From Amphiscolops sp. MND2022 (Eukaryota), in NCBI GenBank assembly GCA_964187785.1, contig OZ076409.1, positions 33,854,001 to 33,918,000 on the forward strand: a stretch of 64,000 bases of DNA, read 5' to 3'. Positions 10,625 through 23,706 of the stretch are shown in pieces. The position numbers and the translations under genes were made by a program. Under the pieces are notes generated by a model, which was given only the letters and a program-made list of their open reading frames with translations, was not told the origin of the DNA and ran no database searches. Positions within the stretch are counted from its first letter, which is position 1. Every line of letters starts with the position of its first letter.

Positions 10625-13600
10625 ACTGCTTGACTAGAACTCTTTTTGTACCCAAAATTAGTCTCAGGGTCAAAGTCAAGAAGAGCTCCAGTGGTCACAG
10701 CGTGCTGAAAAGTGCTCCACGATTTTCACGCAATGCGTTGAGCTGGAAAATTGTGCGCTTGGGCACAACGATGCGGTAGTGTCGGATAGTGTACTCGAAA
10801 CAAACAGTCGAGCTGCCTATTGACCTCTCAACCTAAAGGAATTTGGGTGTGTTGCAATTACCCAAAAGGGTTTTCTGCAGAAGTGACCTGTTATTTGGTG
10901 TTTGTTTTACTACTTGGCATAGCAGAAAAACACCAAATTAGGGCACCAGAGTGGTCAAAAAAGTTTCACACCCGGGCAACTTAGTCAAATTTTCGTCTCT
11001 AGGAGGTGACTCCTCTCAAAATCTCGTGATTTTGGTCAAGTTGGAACCTTCAGAGTATTTTCTGAATGTTCAAAACTCTGTTTGGGGCAACAGCGTAACT
11101 CCTAGAGACGTTCTCGTTGCAAAACGTCAGTCGGAAGTGCGTCGCAGGCACTTAAAACTTCCGATGGGGGCTTTATCAGGAACAAATTTTGAAGTTTCAG
11201 TGGAGTCAAAATTTATGACCTCTGCCGGCAATTTTTTTGAACCGTGGGTTTTGCCTCGTTTGCACCCAGGAAGGCCTACCAGGTCCCTTCGGTTGGAAAA
11301 GGAAGGCTTTTGGTCTCTGCCTTCCGTTCAGAAGGAGTACTAAGCTTTTATGTTTTCGTTTTTCCGACGGTTTTTCGGGATTTTGGCCCAAACGTGTCTC
11401 TGAGCACAGTCAAACTCAATTCTATCAGGCGTACTGGGTGGGAAAATGCACAGCACGTTCGCTCAGTCACACAAATTGCAAAATTGACCTGAGAAAGCTG
11501 ATAAATACCTCCAGGTACAAGCTAGAGACTTTTCAACCAATTTTTTGAAATTTTCAAATTTTTTTGAAAATTACTCGAGTGGCTCGTACTAAAAGTGAAA
11601 ATGTAGGATCGGGCTCAAAAAGTAGCCACGCGATCCATCGTATAACCAGGTGCACTGCAAAAAGCACCGTTGGGGTCTCAGACTATTGGATCAGTTTCAG
11701 ACACAGTACAGGCTTTCCGTATCGACGTGCCTCGACTGATACGATTTTTCAGTGTGCAATCAAGGACTCTCGTCCACGGTGCTGAGCTTTCAAGCTCACT
11801 TTTCCAGAAACGGTGCACCCAATGACACTGACAACAATGGTCCAGAGCAAAGTGGTCCCAACTGTCCGATGAGGTGCGCTGATAACTCTCAAAATTGGTC
11901 CAATTTGTCACAATACACAGGATATCACCACTGTAAGTAACGAAATGCTCTGTCCCAGCAAAGCAGCACAGTCGATACTGGCCACAAATAGCACGTAGAG
12001 CAATGAATTCACGACTAGTAGTTCTGACGAGGAGGTTTTCCGCAGATTTCCAACACGTATGGTTGGGTTTTACCCCTATCTCCCAATTTTCGTCTCGGTG
12101 AAACCTTAAGCAAAATCACGAAATGCACCTCTCAAGTCGGTCGAAATCACTTCTATGGGTCAGAGCGGCCTCAAACTTACTCAGGCAGTTGTTATCAACC
12201 CACAAACCTAGAAAATGAGTTTGGTTCAGAGTTACACGTTCGCTGAGACAAGCACGAAATCAACAGTCGGATCTGGCTCAAAATTGACCAGGGGTTACTA
12301 CACTCACGTAGGTACACGGAATTGGGCGCTGATTTGGGTTCCGAGGCTTGTACACACTTTCACCTGGGTACAGACGTGCGGTACTCCCGTGTATCAGTAG
12401 GGGTCAAAATGCACTCTAATCACACAACTTCTGAGCACTGGTTGCAGTCAGCGGTCTGGTTTTTCCGCTAGCAGTGTGCCAACCGGTACCAGTTACGTCA
12501 GTGAGCGGCAATTTGTTCTCACACTCCGGCTAAGGTGACCGGGTCTTTCCGAAAAAAATTGCAAAAAAGGCCTTTTTGTACCCTTTTTTGAGCGGTACGT
12601 TTCGTGCTATTTCTCGATGACCATCGTACCAATCGACCCAACACTTGGCACGCGTTGCCAGTGGGCACCCACAATGCTGGTTTGATAGTCCAATTGAAGC
12701 GCCTAGGCGTATTTGGGACTTCGACTAGGTACCGACACAATCTTAGAAAAAAACGGTCTTTTTTGACGCTTTTTTCACAAATCGGCTAAGAGGGTCGACA
12801 CTACAAACGTTACGACAGGGTCAGTGGGGTTAACGTGTTGCCCCACTAGTCACAGCACTACCACAAACTTTCAATTAGCCGTGCCCGTTCGGTGTAGGAC
12901 ACTGTCGGTCCTACAGTTTTGGAAAATTTCGGCTGTTTTAGCTCGTTCTGATGTCGAAACGTCAGAGAATTTTTCTCAACTTTGGTTAGCGCTAGGCCCA
13001 CCAAATTTTCGGTGCGAGCGTTTATTTTGATGGTGGTTGCGAAAATGCAACCGCTTTTTGGCTAGGGTTCGAGGATCTATGACCCGACCCTAACAATTGG
13101 ACAGTCCGGTCTTGTGGAAATTTGATCAAATTCAGTGCCTTTTTCCACTTTTCTCAGCACTGAATGGGAGTTTTTGCACGCGGTTTTCACCACTATGCGT
13201 TATTTTTATTGTAAAAACAGAAAATGAGAGCGCATAGGCTCCTAGCTAACAAAAAAAACAGAGTACCATGGGGGTTTTAATTGTGTACTCAGACACTCCT
13301 GAAACTGACTAAAAATCAAGGTTTTTCAACTTTTCTCGGTACTGAAAAGGAATTTTTTGCACGCGGTTTTCACCACAATGCGTTATTTTTAATACAAAAA
13401 CAGAAAATGAGAACCCTCAGGCTCCCAGGACTCGAAAACACTAAGTGCCCCAGAGGTTTTAATTATGCACTCTAGCATTCCTGAAACTGGCCAAAAATCA
13501 AGGTTTTTCGACTGGTGATCACTAAGAAAACGTTACAAACTCTTCTAAATCCTGTTTTCGGTACTGTGGAGTGTGCCCCAAACTAATAGCAGCAAGGAAG

Positions 13601-14621
13601 AGGCAATTGCATCACTATCTGGCACTCTTCCAGTAGCATTTCATGGTGGTTTTTTGCCAATTTCGCCAAAAACCGGGTTTTTTCATAAAAAATGCGTCTC
13701 AAAAAGGACTCCAATAGCCTTTCTGGTGAACATTACATTATGTAGCAGTACCCTAGAGGTTTCGAGCTGCTTTCCATCCGTTTTTGCAACTTCTGTGGTA
13801 AAAATCTAGAGCGCATGGGCTCGTACCAAGAAAAACACTCAGAAATGCCAAAATTGACGTTTTTGCTACTTTTGCACCCAAAATTGGACTTTTCTCACTG
13901 AAAACGGTTGCAAAAGCACACACTAAGTTGCAACAGGGTAAAACTAGCATGAACAAACGATTCCCCATCAAAAATTACACAATCGAAAAAAAATTTCATA
14001 CCATACTCCAAAAAATTGATTCTTCCGGAATGAGGGGTGGTACCTTCGTCGTCTTTTTTCTCAACATCCAGACCAGCTAGAGAAAAACAGTTTAAACCGT
14101 CGGCAACGTCAACACTTGTTCTACCTGTCCACCAAGTCCCATCCTTCGATGACGTCTGTAGTAGAAATGTGAAAGGAGAGTCGGGAACACTCGTTTCAGC
14201 TCATCTATCAGTCAGATGGAATATGGCGCATCCATCAACTGAATACCTCGTACATAGCCAAAAACGCTCAAATGAGCTGTAAAACATCTGTTACAACATG
14301 CGTAACGGCTTTCTAGCGGTTCGCTAGGCCATTACAAAGGTACCCGCTGATGGGAACGTGCAATTTTAGACGATACCTGTCAACAAATACCTGTTATCAA
14401 AACATACCATAGGTATTCGGGAAAATCCGGTGAAAGATTGGAAAAATACCAAAATATAACATCATATTATCTAAAAAACATGGAAAAATCCAGGGTAAAC
14501 GCCTCCTTCCAGAGCCAAATCGTTCTTGGCGTCAAACACCAGAGGGCCGGAACTTTTAATAACCATGAAGGAAAGCTTCCAAAAGACGACCCCTCTGTGG
14601 TCGCCAAAAAATGAAGTCCCA

Positions 14622-15373
14622 TGTAACGGCAAGCGCTAAGCGTTTGGGACGAAACATTGGAGTGGAGGAACTGACACTATGGATATGGTCCTGGACAAAC
14701 CACCATAGCAACAGCTCACTTTGTCCTCCTGTGGGAGCTGGTCCCGAGGAGGGGGAACCGTCTTAAAGGATGCTCTCCGGCCTGATCCAGTCTGTAATTG
14801 CTGAGAATAACGGGCATTATGCTTTTTCTCTTCATAACTACCGTCTAGACAGCCTTTAAAAACAATGTCAAGGATAAACAGTGTAAATTTCCAATTCCAG
14901 GGTGAAATTCCAGGGTGACATGTGAATAAAGTCTAAAATGGGTACTAAGATCTAAACTGCGAAAACTAGCGCATAGGCTAACTAAAACCAGTCAAAAAAC
15001 ATCCAAACAGGCACGAATATGGCCAACCACACAGCTACAAGCTGGGGCGCAGGGACTCCAAGCACCAAAATAGGATAATTAGGCGAAAAGACGCATTTTT
15101 CCGGTTCTTGCTACTTTGGGTAGCATAATGCTGAAAATCGGTAAAAACCGGAGTTAGCACCTCAAAAAGAGTCTATTTATGAGTTTTCTGAGCGCATTGG
15201 CTTCTACACTCCGTGTTCCCGTTCGGTCGTCTCCGCGGGCGGCTTGCTTCCTCTTCTGAACTGCTTTTTGACAGGTACTTTTGCCAAAAACATGCTCAAT
15301 TTGCCACGTCAGATTTGAACGAATTTTTGGTCGATTTTTCTGAAAACTCGTTGTACCACAGGTTTCCGTTACA
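14622..15373 (-). repeat. 5' LTR of element B (3' LTR at 7428-8171)
   Basis: Direct repeat with TGTAAC/GTTACA ends, adjacent to the PBS. Confidence 0.93.
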
Positions 15374-16169
15374 TAGTATCAACTGGTGAAGCTTACATAG
15401 CAATCGGGGTTTGTTTATAAAGAGTCCAACTTTCCCTACGCACACCCGGGATCGGAAAATGTATGCAAACAGCTGAATATCCAATGGGCTATTGGCTCCA
15501 TTTATAATATAACTTATTTCGGTGCGTTGCCGATGGTTCTGTTGGGGGTCGACCTACTGCACTTCCGATGCCAAAATCTCGGGGCCAATGGGTACCGACG
15601 CGGTTCCAACCCTATAAACATGGTACTCCTATTGCTATCGTAAACAAGTGCCAAACTTCATATCTCTGTTAATAGTCTTTGAGAAAACCCAACTCGGAGG
15701 GAGGGTTTTTATATGGTTTTTCTAGTGGCGAGTCAAAAAATATTTTCGCCCAAAATGGGATACCCAGTGAAACTCTCCAAGAGATCGATTTTGTTTCAAA
15801 CAATTCCAACAATAACATCGCTGACGTATTTAGGTAACATATATTGGAAAAATTCTAATGGGTCTTCCGTTACGTACACAATAAATTCATAAGTCTACCT
15901 AAAAGGCAAAAGCGCATCACTCATAGTCAGCCTTTTGGGCCGCCAAAGCTAAAGCAGTGATGCTAGATACGTGAAAATATGGTTTTCTGCCTATAGCCTG
16001 GGCTTCGCGTTTACATCATGGTATATACCATCGCGTATACATGATCATGACCTGTCTCAATTCACACCAAACCTTCAAGATAAACAGATCATTTGACCAT
16101 ATGGATAAAGGATATTGTAAGGATTAAGGACAGAGGATAAAACATAAGGTAAAAGTGAGACCCGAGATG

Positions 16170-16410
16170 ATTTTTTTTAATGCTGATTCATTGAATATGT
16201 TACTGAAAAAGATGTTGTAACTAAAAAGATGTTACAGACCCATTGAACTAGTTTTCACCTAAGCAACACAGCCACACACACTTGTCAGTGAAATTTGTTC
16301 TTCATTCCAGATCAATTGTGAACAAGACGCCCGCTAAGCACCGGGATATTTTCCCACATGCCTACTACTGCCTGAGAGGCGGATGCACTGCCAACTGAAC
16401 CATAGTAACT
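16170..16410 (-). mobile_element. Possible tRNA-derived SINE remnant
   Basis: Minus-strand head TGGTTCAGTTGGCAGTGCATCCGCCTCTCAGGC resembles an A-box plus anticodon arm. A short A-run lies near 16172-16180. The B-box is degenerate. Confidence 0.35.
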
Positions 16411-16545
16411 AAAATAGTCAACTTTCAACTGGACCATGTTAACTATTAAAATAGTCAAGAAAAATAGTCAATGGATGGGAAATATCAATCCACTTGACTA
16501 TCTCCCTTGGAGATAGTCAGGTGGATGGAGATAGTCAAGTGGAGT
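16408..16545. repeat. Short repeat cluster (ATAGTCAA units) with near-perfect hairpin at about 16487-16527
   Basis: atccacttgactatctcc-ctt-ggagatagtcaggtggat, followed by another ggagatagtcaagtgga unit. Confidence 0.6.
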
Positions 16546-16802
16546 TTTGGCAAAATTTGGAAAAAAACCATCACAGATCATGATTTTCTTCCTCCAAATA
16601 CGGTTGTGGGGTCCGAAAAAAATAAACCAGCAACCTTTGGCAAAACATGGTGACTGTGATAATGTTCTCACATTTTTGATAGAAGTTGGCGGGTTGAAAA
16701 ATAGCCAAAAAGGTCATCAGCATCAGCATTATTCGACCATGTTATGCTAATTTATTCATGTTATTCCGTGTTGTTCCATGGAATGCGTTCCATGAGATGC
16801 GC

Positions 16803-18750
16803 TGTAATAGCTAATGGCATGTTTAAAAGAAGCGTGAGAACAAATCAACTTTCCATTCTCTCAGATATCAACTTTCGATTCTCTCAGAACTTAATGGTGG
16901 TCTGTATTATTTTGTCCGTCTGGCAGGTACTCAGTCAATTTTGAATAACTGCTCATTAATCGCAATGCTACTACATTCCTCCGACAGCAATTGAACGGTT
17001 GGTAACTCATGAAATACAGTATTTTGTAATACAACAAGATAAAAATTTTACAGGTTAGGTAGGGTAAGGTAGTAAATGGAAAACTTTACAATGTATCAAA
17101 GTTTCAAAACAATTTTCGTGTTTTTGTTTTCGCTGTTTTCTTCTTCTCTACTCCGCAGATGTCCACGGGTAAGCTGTTTTGGTCAGGTGCCCTTCTGCTC
17201 CTGCTTACTCTTGCTGACCCATTTTTTCCGTCTTCCTTCTCTTTGATAATCTTTTCTTGTTCCGATTCAGCAAACACCTGTGTAGTCTCTTCAGCCTTTC
17301 TTTTTCCGACTTCCGTGAATGCACTCTGTTTCGCTCATGTGTGAGTTCTTTCGTCCGCCTAGTTTTTGGTATGCAGGCAATTTCTCTTTTTGACAATACA
17401 ATTTCATCCGTTCTTCCTTCTGGGGCAAATTTCACCATGTTACCCGTCTCTGCTGTCACTTTTCTTTTTTTCTTGAAAAGCCCATTTAGTTTTTCTTTTC
17501 TTTGTCGTTCTCTGACGAATATCACGCTGTCGTCTCGGGGAATGTTCTGAAGTCTTTCCAGGTCAACTGATTTGTTGTAGTCTAAATAATTCAATCCTTT
17601 ATACAGTTTAACTAGTAAGGATGTTATCGTACTTGGTTTCCTGCCCGTATGCCTCTCGAACGGTGATTTTCCGTCTTTCCACCGCTAGTTCTTAGCGCAC
17701 TTACTAATTGGAAGAACAATTTGAATTTGTTCTGCCTGTCAGCTAATACCTCGGGGTTTGTTCGTAATCTCTCATTGACCGTTCTTATGAGTCTTTCGAC
17801 CTTTCCGTTTTCTCTGTGGTCGTGTGCCGGGCAAATTATATGGGGATCCTAAATTCTTCTCTAAGGTGATCAAATTCGTTTCCCCTAAAAACAGCCGCTT
17901 GATTCGTTCTTACAATTTGTGGGATTCCGTTATCGTTTATAAATTTTCGCAAAAATTTTCTCGACCCCTTCCATGTCAGTGCTTTTTACAAGTTTTAGTG
18001 TAGGGTATGCTGGAAAATGATCTACTGCTTCTAATAAAATTTTTCTGTTTTCAGGGGCTCCAGAAAATGGACCCATAAAGTCTAGTGCAATTCCTTTGTT
18101 AACTTGTTTCGAATTTCTAATGATTTCATTTCCTTTTTGTCGTTCCACAGAATTTTCATTCTTACCTGCTTTTTGACAGTTTGCGCATGTTTTTGCCACG
18201 ACAACAATTTGTTGGTTAATTAGCGGCCACCAGACCTCGTTCACTGCTCCAAACATAGCGTTTCTTCGGTTATGGCCAGTGTGTATGCAGTATATGACAG
18301 CTTGTCTAAAGTCGATTGGGATAATTAATCGGTTTTCGTAATAAACGAGATCCCGGTCTACTCGCAAATCTTTAACAAACATGTCGATACAATTTGTTAT
18401 TTTGACTGAGTAAGTTATTATCTCGCGTCAAGACTGCATCACCAACATTTCGTAATCTAGAGTCCGCTTGGTAGTTGTCCATTAATATTCCGTCTGTAAT
18501 TTCTTTGTAGTTTTCCACCTTCACTAATTCAATTCCAGGATTTATTATTCCCGCCATTGAGCTTTCCTCTACTGAGGATAAGATGGATTGAAGTGGGGAC
18601 GTTTTTAGTTCGAATTCGTTCAATTGTACAAATTGTTTAGGTTTAGAGTTTTCAGATGCTCTAATTAGGTTTCGGGTTGCGTTTCTTTCGAGGCTAATTT
18701 GCAAGCGACTCATTTTAATTTGTTTTCTCTCGCACTCAGAATAACAGAAT
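16803..18750 (-). mobile_element. 5'-truncated, decayed Mag-like Gypsy element: integrase remnant, PPT and ~173-bp 3' LTR (16803-16975)
   Basis: Zinc finger IHTGH...WWPLIN...CANCQ and IALDFMGPF...VDHF in ORF 17930-18382. On the minus strand, purine tract cggaggaa is followed by TGTAGTAGC...GCTATTACA. Confidence 0.8.
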
Positions 18751-19828
18751 TATCACTCGAAAAGATGTTAAACGCTGCTGAACCGACTTGAGAGTTTATG
18801 GAAGGAAGATCGCAAGCAACAGTATCAATTGGAGAAAAGTTTAGCGGTTCTAGAATTTAGATTATCGTCAACCGAACAAAATCCTTCCAGTTAGAGTTAG
18901 AATCTTGGGAAACTCTCTACAACCTTGAAATTTAATCTAGAGCATTTTCTAATGATTTTTCAAAATTAGAGATCACAGTACAATCCATTCTTTTTCCATT
19001 TTCACGACGCGAGATTTGAATTATGGCGCAAAGGATGTGTTGGCATTAAACCATTGACAATCTGACGTTCAGAAACAAGACCGGTCAAAAGACCCACCTC
19101 CTTTCTTTTTTTGTAAATATAACTGGTGAATTTGCCACAGTTGTGAATCTCAATTGGTCTTGGTTACCAAATAGCTCTTGGTTGCAAAGCTTTCAAGCTA
19201 TGGTTGGTCCTTTTCGATGTCCAAGTCCTACAGTTTTTCCTTTAATTCTAAAAAGCAAAACCACTTGAAGCCGAAGTGTCAAGTAACAGTTGTGTACAGT
19301 TAAATAAATAAAATTTTCAATAATTCGTGGCACACTTGATCCGGCTACGTGTAAAAAAAGGCAGACACAGTTTTAAATTGCTCCTAATTCGAAACTAAAA
19401 GTTAAAACGGAATCCTTTTCATTTCCGTTTCACTTTGTGAATTTTTCCGAATGAGTAATGAACTCTGCTTTCGACAACCTTCACCATGTATTTTCTAGTC
19501 ATTCTGACTTTCTGTAGGTTATACTTTTACTTGATACAACCAACTAGGTACTCAGATTAAAAAAATGTTTTTACTGAATTTTTGTGAACAGTCATATTGT
19601 TTCTATGAAAACTTGTAAAGAGTGATGTCAAGATCATTTTTTAAACATGGTTGTATATGTTTCCATTCAGGAACTTTTGATATAGGAAAAATATATGTTG
19701 TAACAGGTTCACCAGAATTGAAATTACAATATATTAAGAATCAACTGATTTTGGATACATGCTGAAGAATGTTGATTTGTTTACTGTGAAAATGAGAAAC
19801 TGAGAATTCACAACTGAGTTAGGAACAT

Positions 19829-20140
19829 AACGAGCCGGCACCGGCCCAAATCGGCTCCATATATAAGGCTCAAAAATAGCAAAAGGACTTCAAAGTGTCA
19901 AAGTATTCTCTTCTACAGCACCCGGAACTTTTTTTTTAAAAAGTCTCACAATGCCGAAAAAAATGAAAGAGGGGCCCTTTGGTCTCGTCCGTTATTGTAT
20001 CTTACGCAGGAAACCTTTTTGGTTCAGTTTCTTGGGCCAACAGGTACAATTTGGCGTCTTCTTAAAGTTTTGTAGAACTTTTGGTAGAGCAATTTTGGCA
20101 ACTTCAAATGTATCGAAAAAAATACTGACGAAAAAAATAG
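19829..20140 (+). mobile_element. Partial copy of an abundant non-autonomous Helentron-like (HINE-type) repeat
   Basis: The head aacgagccggcaccggcccaaatcggc and the cacaatgccgaaaaa and aaaatactgacgaaaa motifs are shared with copies at 23707-24590, 49104-50130 and 59965-60498. Classification is inferred. Confidence 0.55.
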
Positions 20141-20765
20141 GTCTTCTCGAACAACATGAGCCTTAAAAAGTCAAACATCGATGTCTTTCAGTTCTAATGT
20201 CTTGAATGTGAATGGTATATTCGACTGAATTGCCTTGATATGAAAGCATAAACTATTATATTACCATATAGATAACTTGGTCTAATACATAAGGTTAGGT
20301 ATCTTATTAGGTATTATACATTATTAGGTTTATAAATTGACAATATATTATCAATATTAATCAATAATTATTAAAAAGTGCATTTATTGAGCATCACTGT
20401 TTGTAGATTTTAAAATTTTTTGTTTAAGAATTCAGTTTTTAGAAAAACTCTTCAAGTTGTTGGCAAAACGTGGATGTTTTGATTGGTAACGTTTATGCAG
20501 TGAATTATATGTTTTTGAACTTATAAACATTATAATCATTCACACTTGATGACATTCAGTTGATATCGTACGACGTCTTTTAGACTGACAAAACCGAAAA
20601 AATTGTTCGTGTTTTTTCATGAAAACGTAATCTACATCCAAAAATAAACAAGTTAAGACGTTTGGAGGGCTTTTACTACGTTTTTCACTACTTCTGTATA
20701 ACCTCGGCAGTGATTTCGTCCTCAAATGAGGACAGAAATTTTTTTCGCAATCAATAAAAAAAACA

Positions 20766-21046
20766 GTAAAGCGACAATTGGTCCCAAGAGACGATTCGTA
20801 CCAAGCGACAATTCGTCCCAAATTGCAAAACGCGACAATTCGTCTCAAGCGAAAATTCGTCACATTTTGAAAAGGTGACAATTCGTCCCAAATATTAAAA
20901 GCTGCAATTTGTTCAATATTGTTTAATTGATCAGCTAATTAACAACCTTTTGAAAATGGGACGAATTTTCGCTTGGGACGAATTGTCGCTTGGACGAATT
21001 GTCGCTTGGGACGAATTGTCGCTTGGGACGAATTGTCGCTCAGCCA
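20766..21046. repeat. Foldback/MITE-like element made of inverted arrays of 17-bp GCGACAATTCGTCCCAA
   Basis: About six units on the left (20771-20890) face about five reverse-complement units (20958-21040). Confidence 0.75.
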
Positions 21047-21846
21047 CGCAAAAAGAATGTAGGAAAACGAAGCTTGGTCTTTCTTGGCAACAATCTGTTA
21101 GAGTATCTGGGGTGAGTTGTTATAGGTGTCAATATTGCTTTTTTGCTAGCTACAGGCAAAAAAGTAACTGGAAAAAGTGAAATAGCCTTTTCCCAATAAC
21201 TGAGCAAGTGGTTGCGAAGTTACTGTCCCACTCCAATAACACAGCAGGTCACCATTGAAGACGCATTTAGAAGTTTTTTCAATGAAGATTCAATTATGAG
21301 TTTAACCGGCATTTGAAAGGCCAGCCGGAGCAGTGCTCGCGCCGCCGGGATGACGCTCTTACCTCAACAAGTGGCGCCAACTCCCAGCTTAACTAGTGTG
21401 CATTTGAAAGTTTAGTTAAAGGGTTTTCAGGAGCAGAAAACCGATTTGAGCTGCGGTGATTATTCGTGGAGAAATGACGCTTTGAAAAAAAATTACCGAA
21501 TTTTCGTCAATTTTTCTGCTCAGCGCACAGTCGAGGTTAAAACACGTTTTTTCAATCGTCTTTCTTGGTAAAAGACGTCTTTTATCAATCTGTTTTGCAG
21601 TCTGTGATGATCAGTTTCAAGAATCATTGAGGATCGTTATGTGTAGTACCATTTATATTAAAAACCTCGAGTGATTATGTTGAACGGATCATTTTGATGA
21701 AAAGGAATTGTGACAATAATATGGAAATAGTCCAGAAAAAAATACTAAACTGAGGAAAAGAGATTGAATCAAATCTTTGAGGAATTGTTGGCCATTTTAT
21801 TGGAAGACGCATTTCAACAGACGGGAGAAAGGTTTGTTAATCGGAA

Positions 21847-21958
21847 TGGAGGCCTCAGGTTCAACAAATTTGCAGTCTGCGATTTGCAGTCGTTGATGCA
21901 TCGATGCATCAACGACTGCAAATCGCAGACTGCAAATTTGTTGAACCTGAGGCCTCCA
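21847..21958. repeat. Perfect 112-bp spacerless palindrome
   Basis: The arms pair base for base around TC|GA at 21902/21903. Confidence 0.95.
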
Positions 21959-23325
21959 ATCTAACAACGCTCAAGAAAAGGAAGAAAAAGAAGCAAACGA
22001 AGAACAGGGAGAACAAAACGTCGACGTTTCATTTTTTAGATTGATCAAATATAAAAATTTAAAAAAAACATGCTCGTTAGGGGGCAAAATCTGGAAACTA
22101 GTTTCATAACTGAACAAACGTTGCCTGAGTCAGACAAAAGTTTCAAACGATCTTTGTTATCTACTGTATACAGTAAGCTAATTATTTAGACCTTATTTTT
22201 AACTTGAATGCTTGTTTGTTTTTTTTTCAGTTGAAGCACATTATCGAGTTATATGCCCGAGCCAATGTGGTTTCTAGCGCCTTGTCTTTGCGAACTGTTC
22301 GCGTGTGAACTGTGGGTACATTTTTAGCTTTCCGACGTGCCAAAACGGTGTTCTGAGGTTTTCGTTCTAGGTTTTTGTCACTCCATGCGATAACAAATCT
22401 GGTTAGTTTTTTTGGAACTATTCAAATTATTTCATTTTTTTGACTGACTATCGTCTCAAATTCAACACATTTAAATACAACGCTCGTTTTTACTTCAAAC
22501 TCCTTGTGGTTACTTTATTTTTCTCTGATCGTCTGACTCCTAGAAAAAATAATTTCATAAACTTTTCAAGACTCTGCAGTGTGGAGGAAAGCAGTTTTAT
22601 ACAAGAAGCAGTCTTCGCTGCGATCCATTTCCGGAGAAAATTAGGTATCATTTGGGTTGAATTAATTATGATAATAATCGCAGTTTTTTCACCGAGGAAA
22701 CCTAATTTCCTCTTAGTACTTTAGGTGAAACGGTCAAAAATTGTAAATGCGGCGAAATGTCCCAATTTTGCTCAAAATCAGCTAATCGTATTTCACAACT
22801 TTGTCTTAAAGATTTTAAAAACGTACTAATGTGTCCTAATGTGAGCGATGATATTTCAACAAACTTTTATTTCTAATGTCTTTCAAACTTTTCAACAGAT
22901 TTCTTGAAAATTGAGCCTAAAATCGCACAGGGGATGATTCATAATCACAATACTGTATAGTGTTGTAGATAATGTACTTATTATTCCGAACAAATACAAT
23001 ATAAATCACAGAGAAAAATTAGCCATTTTTCCTTTGACTCGAAAACGTACTCAAGCTCCAATTGTTACTCGGAGACGATCTTGGAGCTCGAAAATATCTG
23101 CACACATTTTTTGTTATCATTACAATGACGTTTCACAATTTTCATCTCTAACATATGGTGTCAAAAATGATGATTCGTTGTTCATGCCACGATCAGTAGT
23201 GCCATTTCTCCACTTGCATCTAGTCTACTTACATCAATACAATTGGCACTGATTGTAAACCTTTTATACCTCCAGTTAGCGCCATCTTCCCATTTATTCC
23301 CATTTATTCTGCAGATAATCAAAAT

Positions 23326-23549
23326 ATGATGAACTTTTACTTGGGAAAATTTGCTCTCTTGTTTTTTGTACTTTTGTGTTTGGACTACACTGTCAGAAGT
23401 GCGTATTACAACAATAACGTGGCCATAACATACCTTTATGTTCAAGATGCTGAGTTAACGAATGAGTTCACGAACACGGTCAATCGCCAGCCAGTAGTGA
23501 AGGAAATGATCTCGCCTTATCCTTTCTTGAAGTATATATATGACTGGGG
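23326..23549 (+). CDS. P4HA: P4HA-like gene, coding exon 1 (signal peptide)
   Basis: MMNFYLGKFALLFFVLLCLDYTVRSA is a hydrophobic signal peptide. Donor GG|gtaag (phase 2) joins in frame to the exon at 40762. An acceptor-like ttctgcag ends at 23314. Confidence 0.7.
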
Positions 23550-23706
23550 GTAAGACAGTTTTCATAAGGTTTCATCAGAAGTCATATAAAATATTCTTCT
23601 ATGATTTGGACGATTTTCTTCTGGACTCTGAAAAAATGAATGGGCTTCGGATAATTCCTAACTTCTTCGAGGAAGACAAAGGTAAACTGTAACGCAAAAA
23701 TGGGCC

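Larger units (their letters stand above)
7428..15373 (-). mobile_element. LTR retrotransposon B, non-autonomous (no pol), 7946 bp
   Basis: LTRs at 7428-8171 (3') and 14622-15373 (5') are nearly identical apart from a few substitutions and a short indel. PBS 14590-14606 on the minus strand. TAG on both flanks. Leader homologous to A, C and D. Confidence 0.95.
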
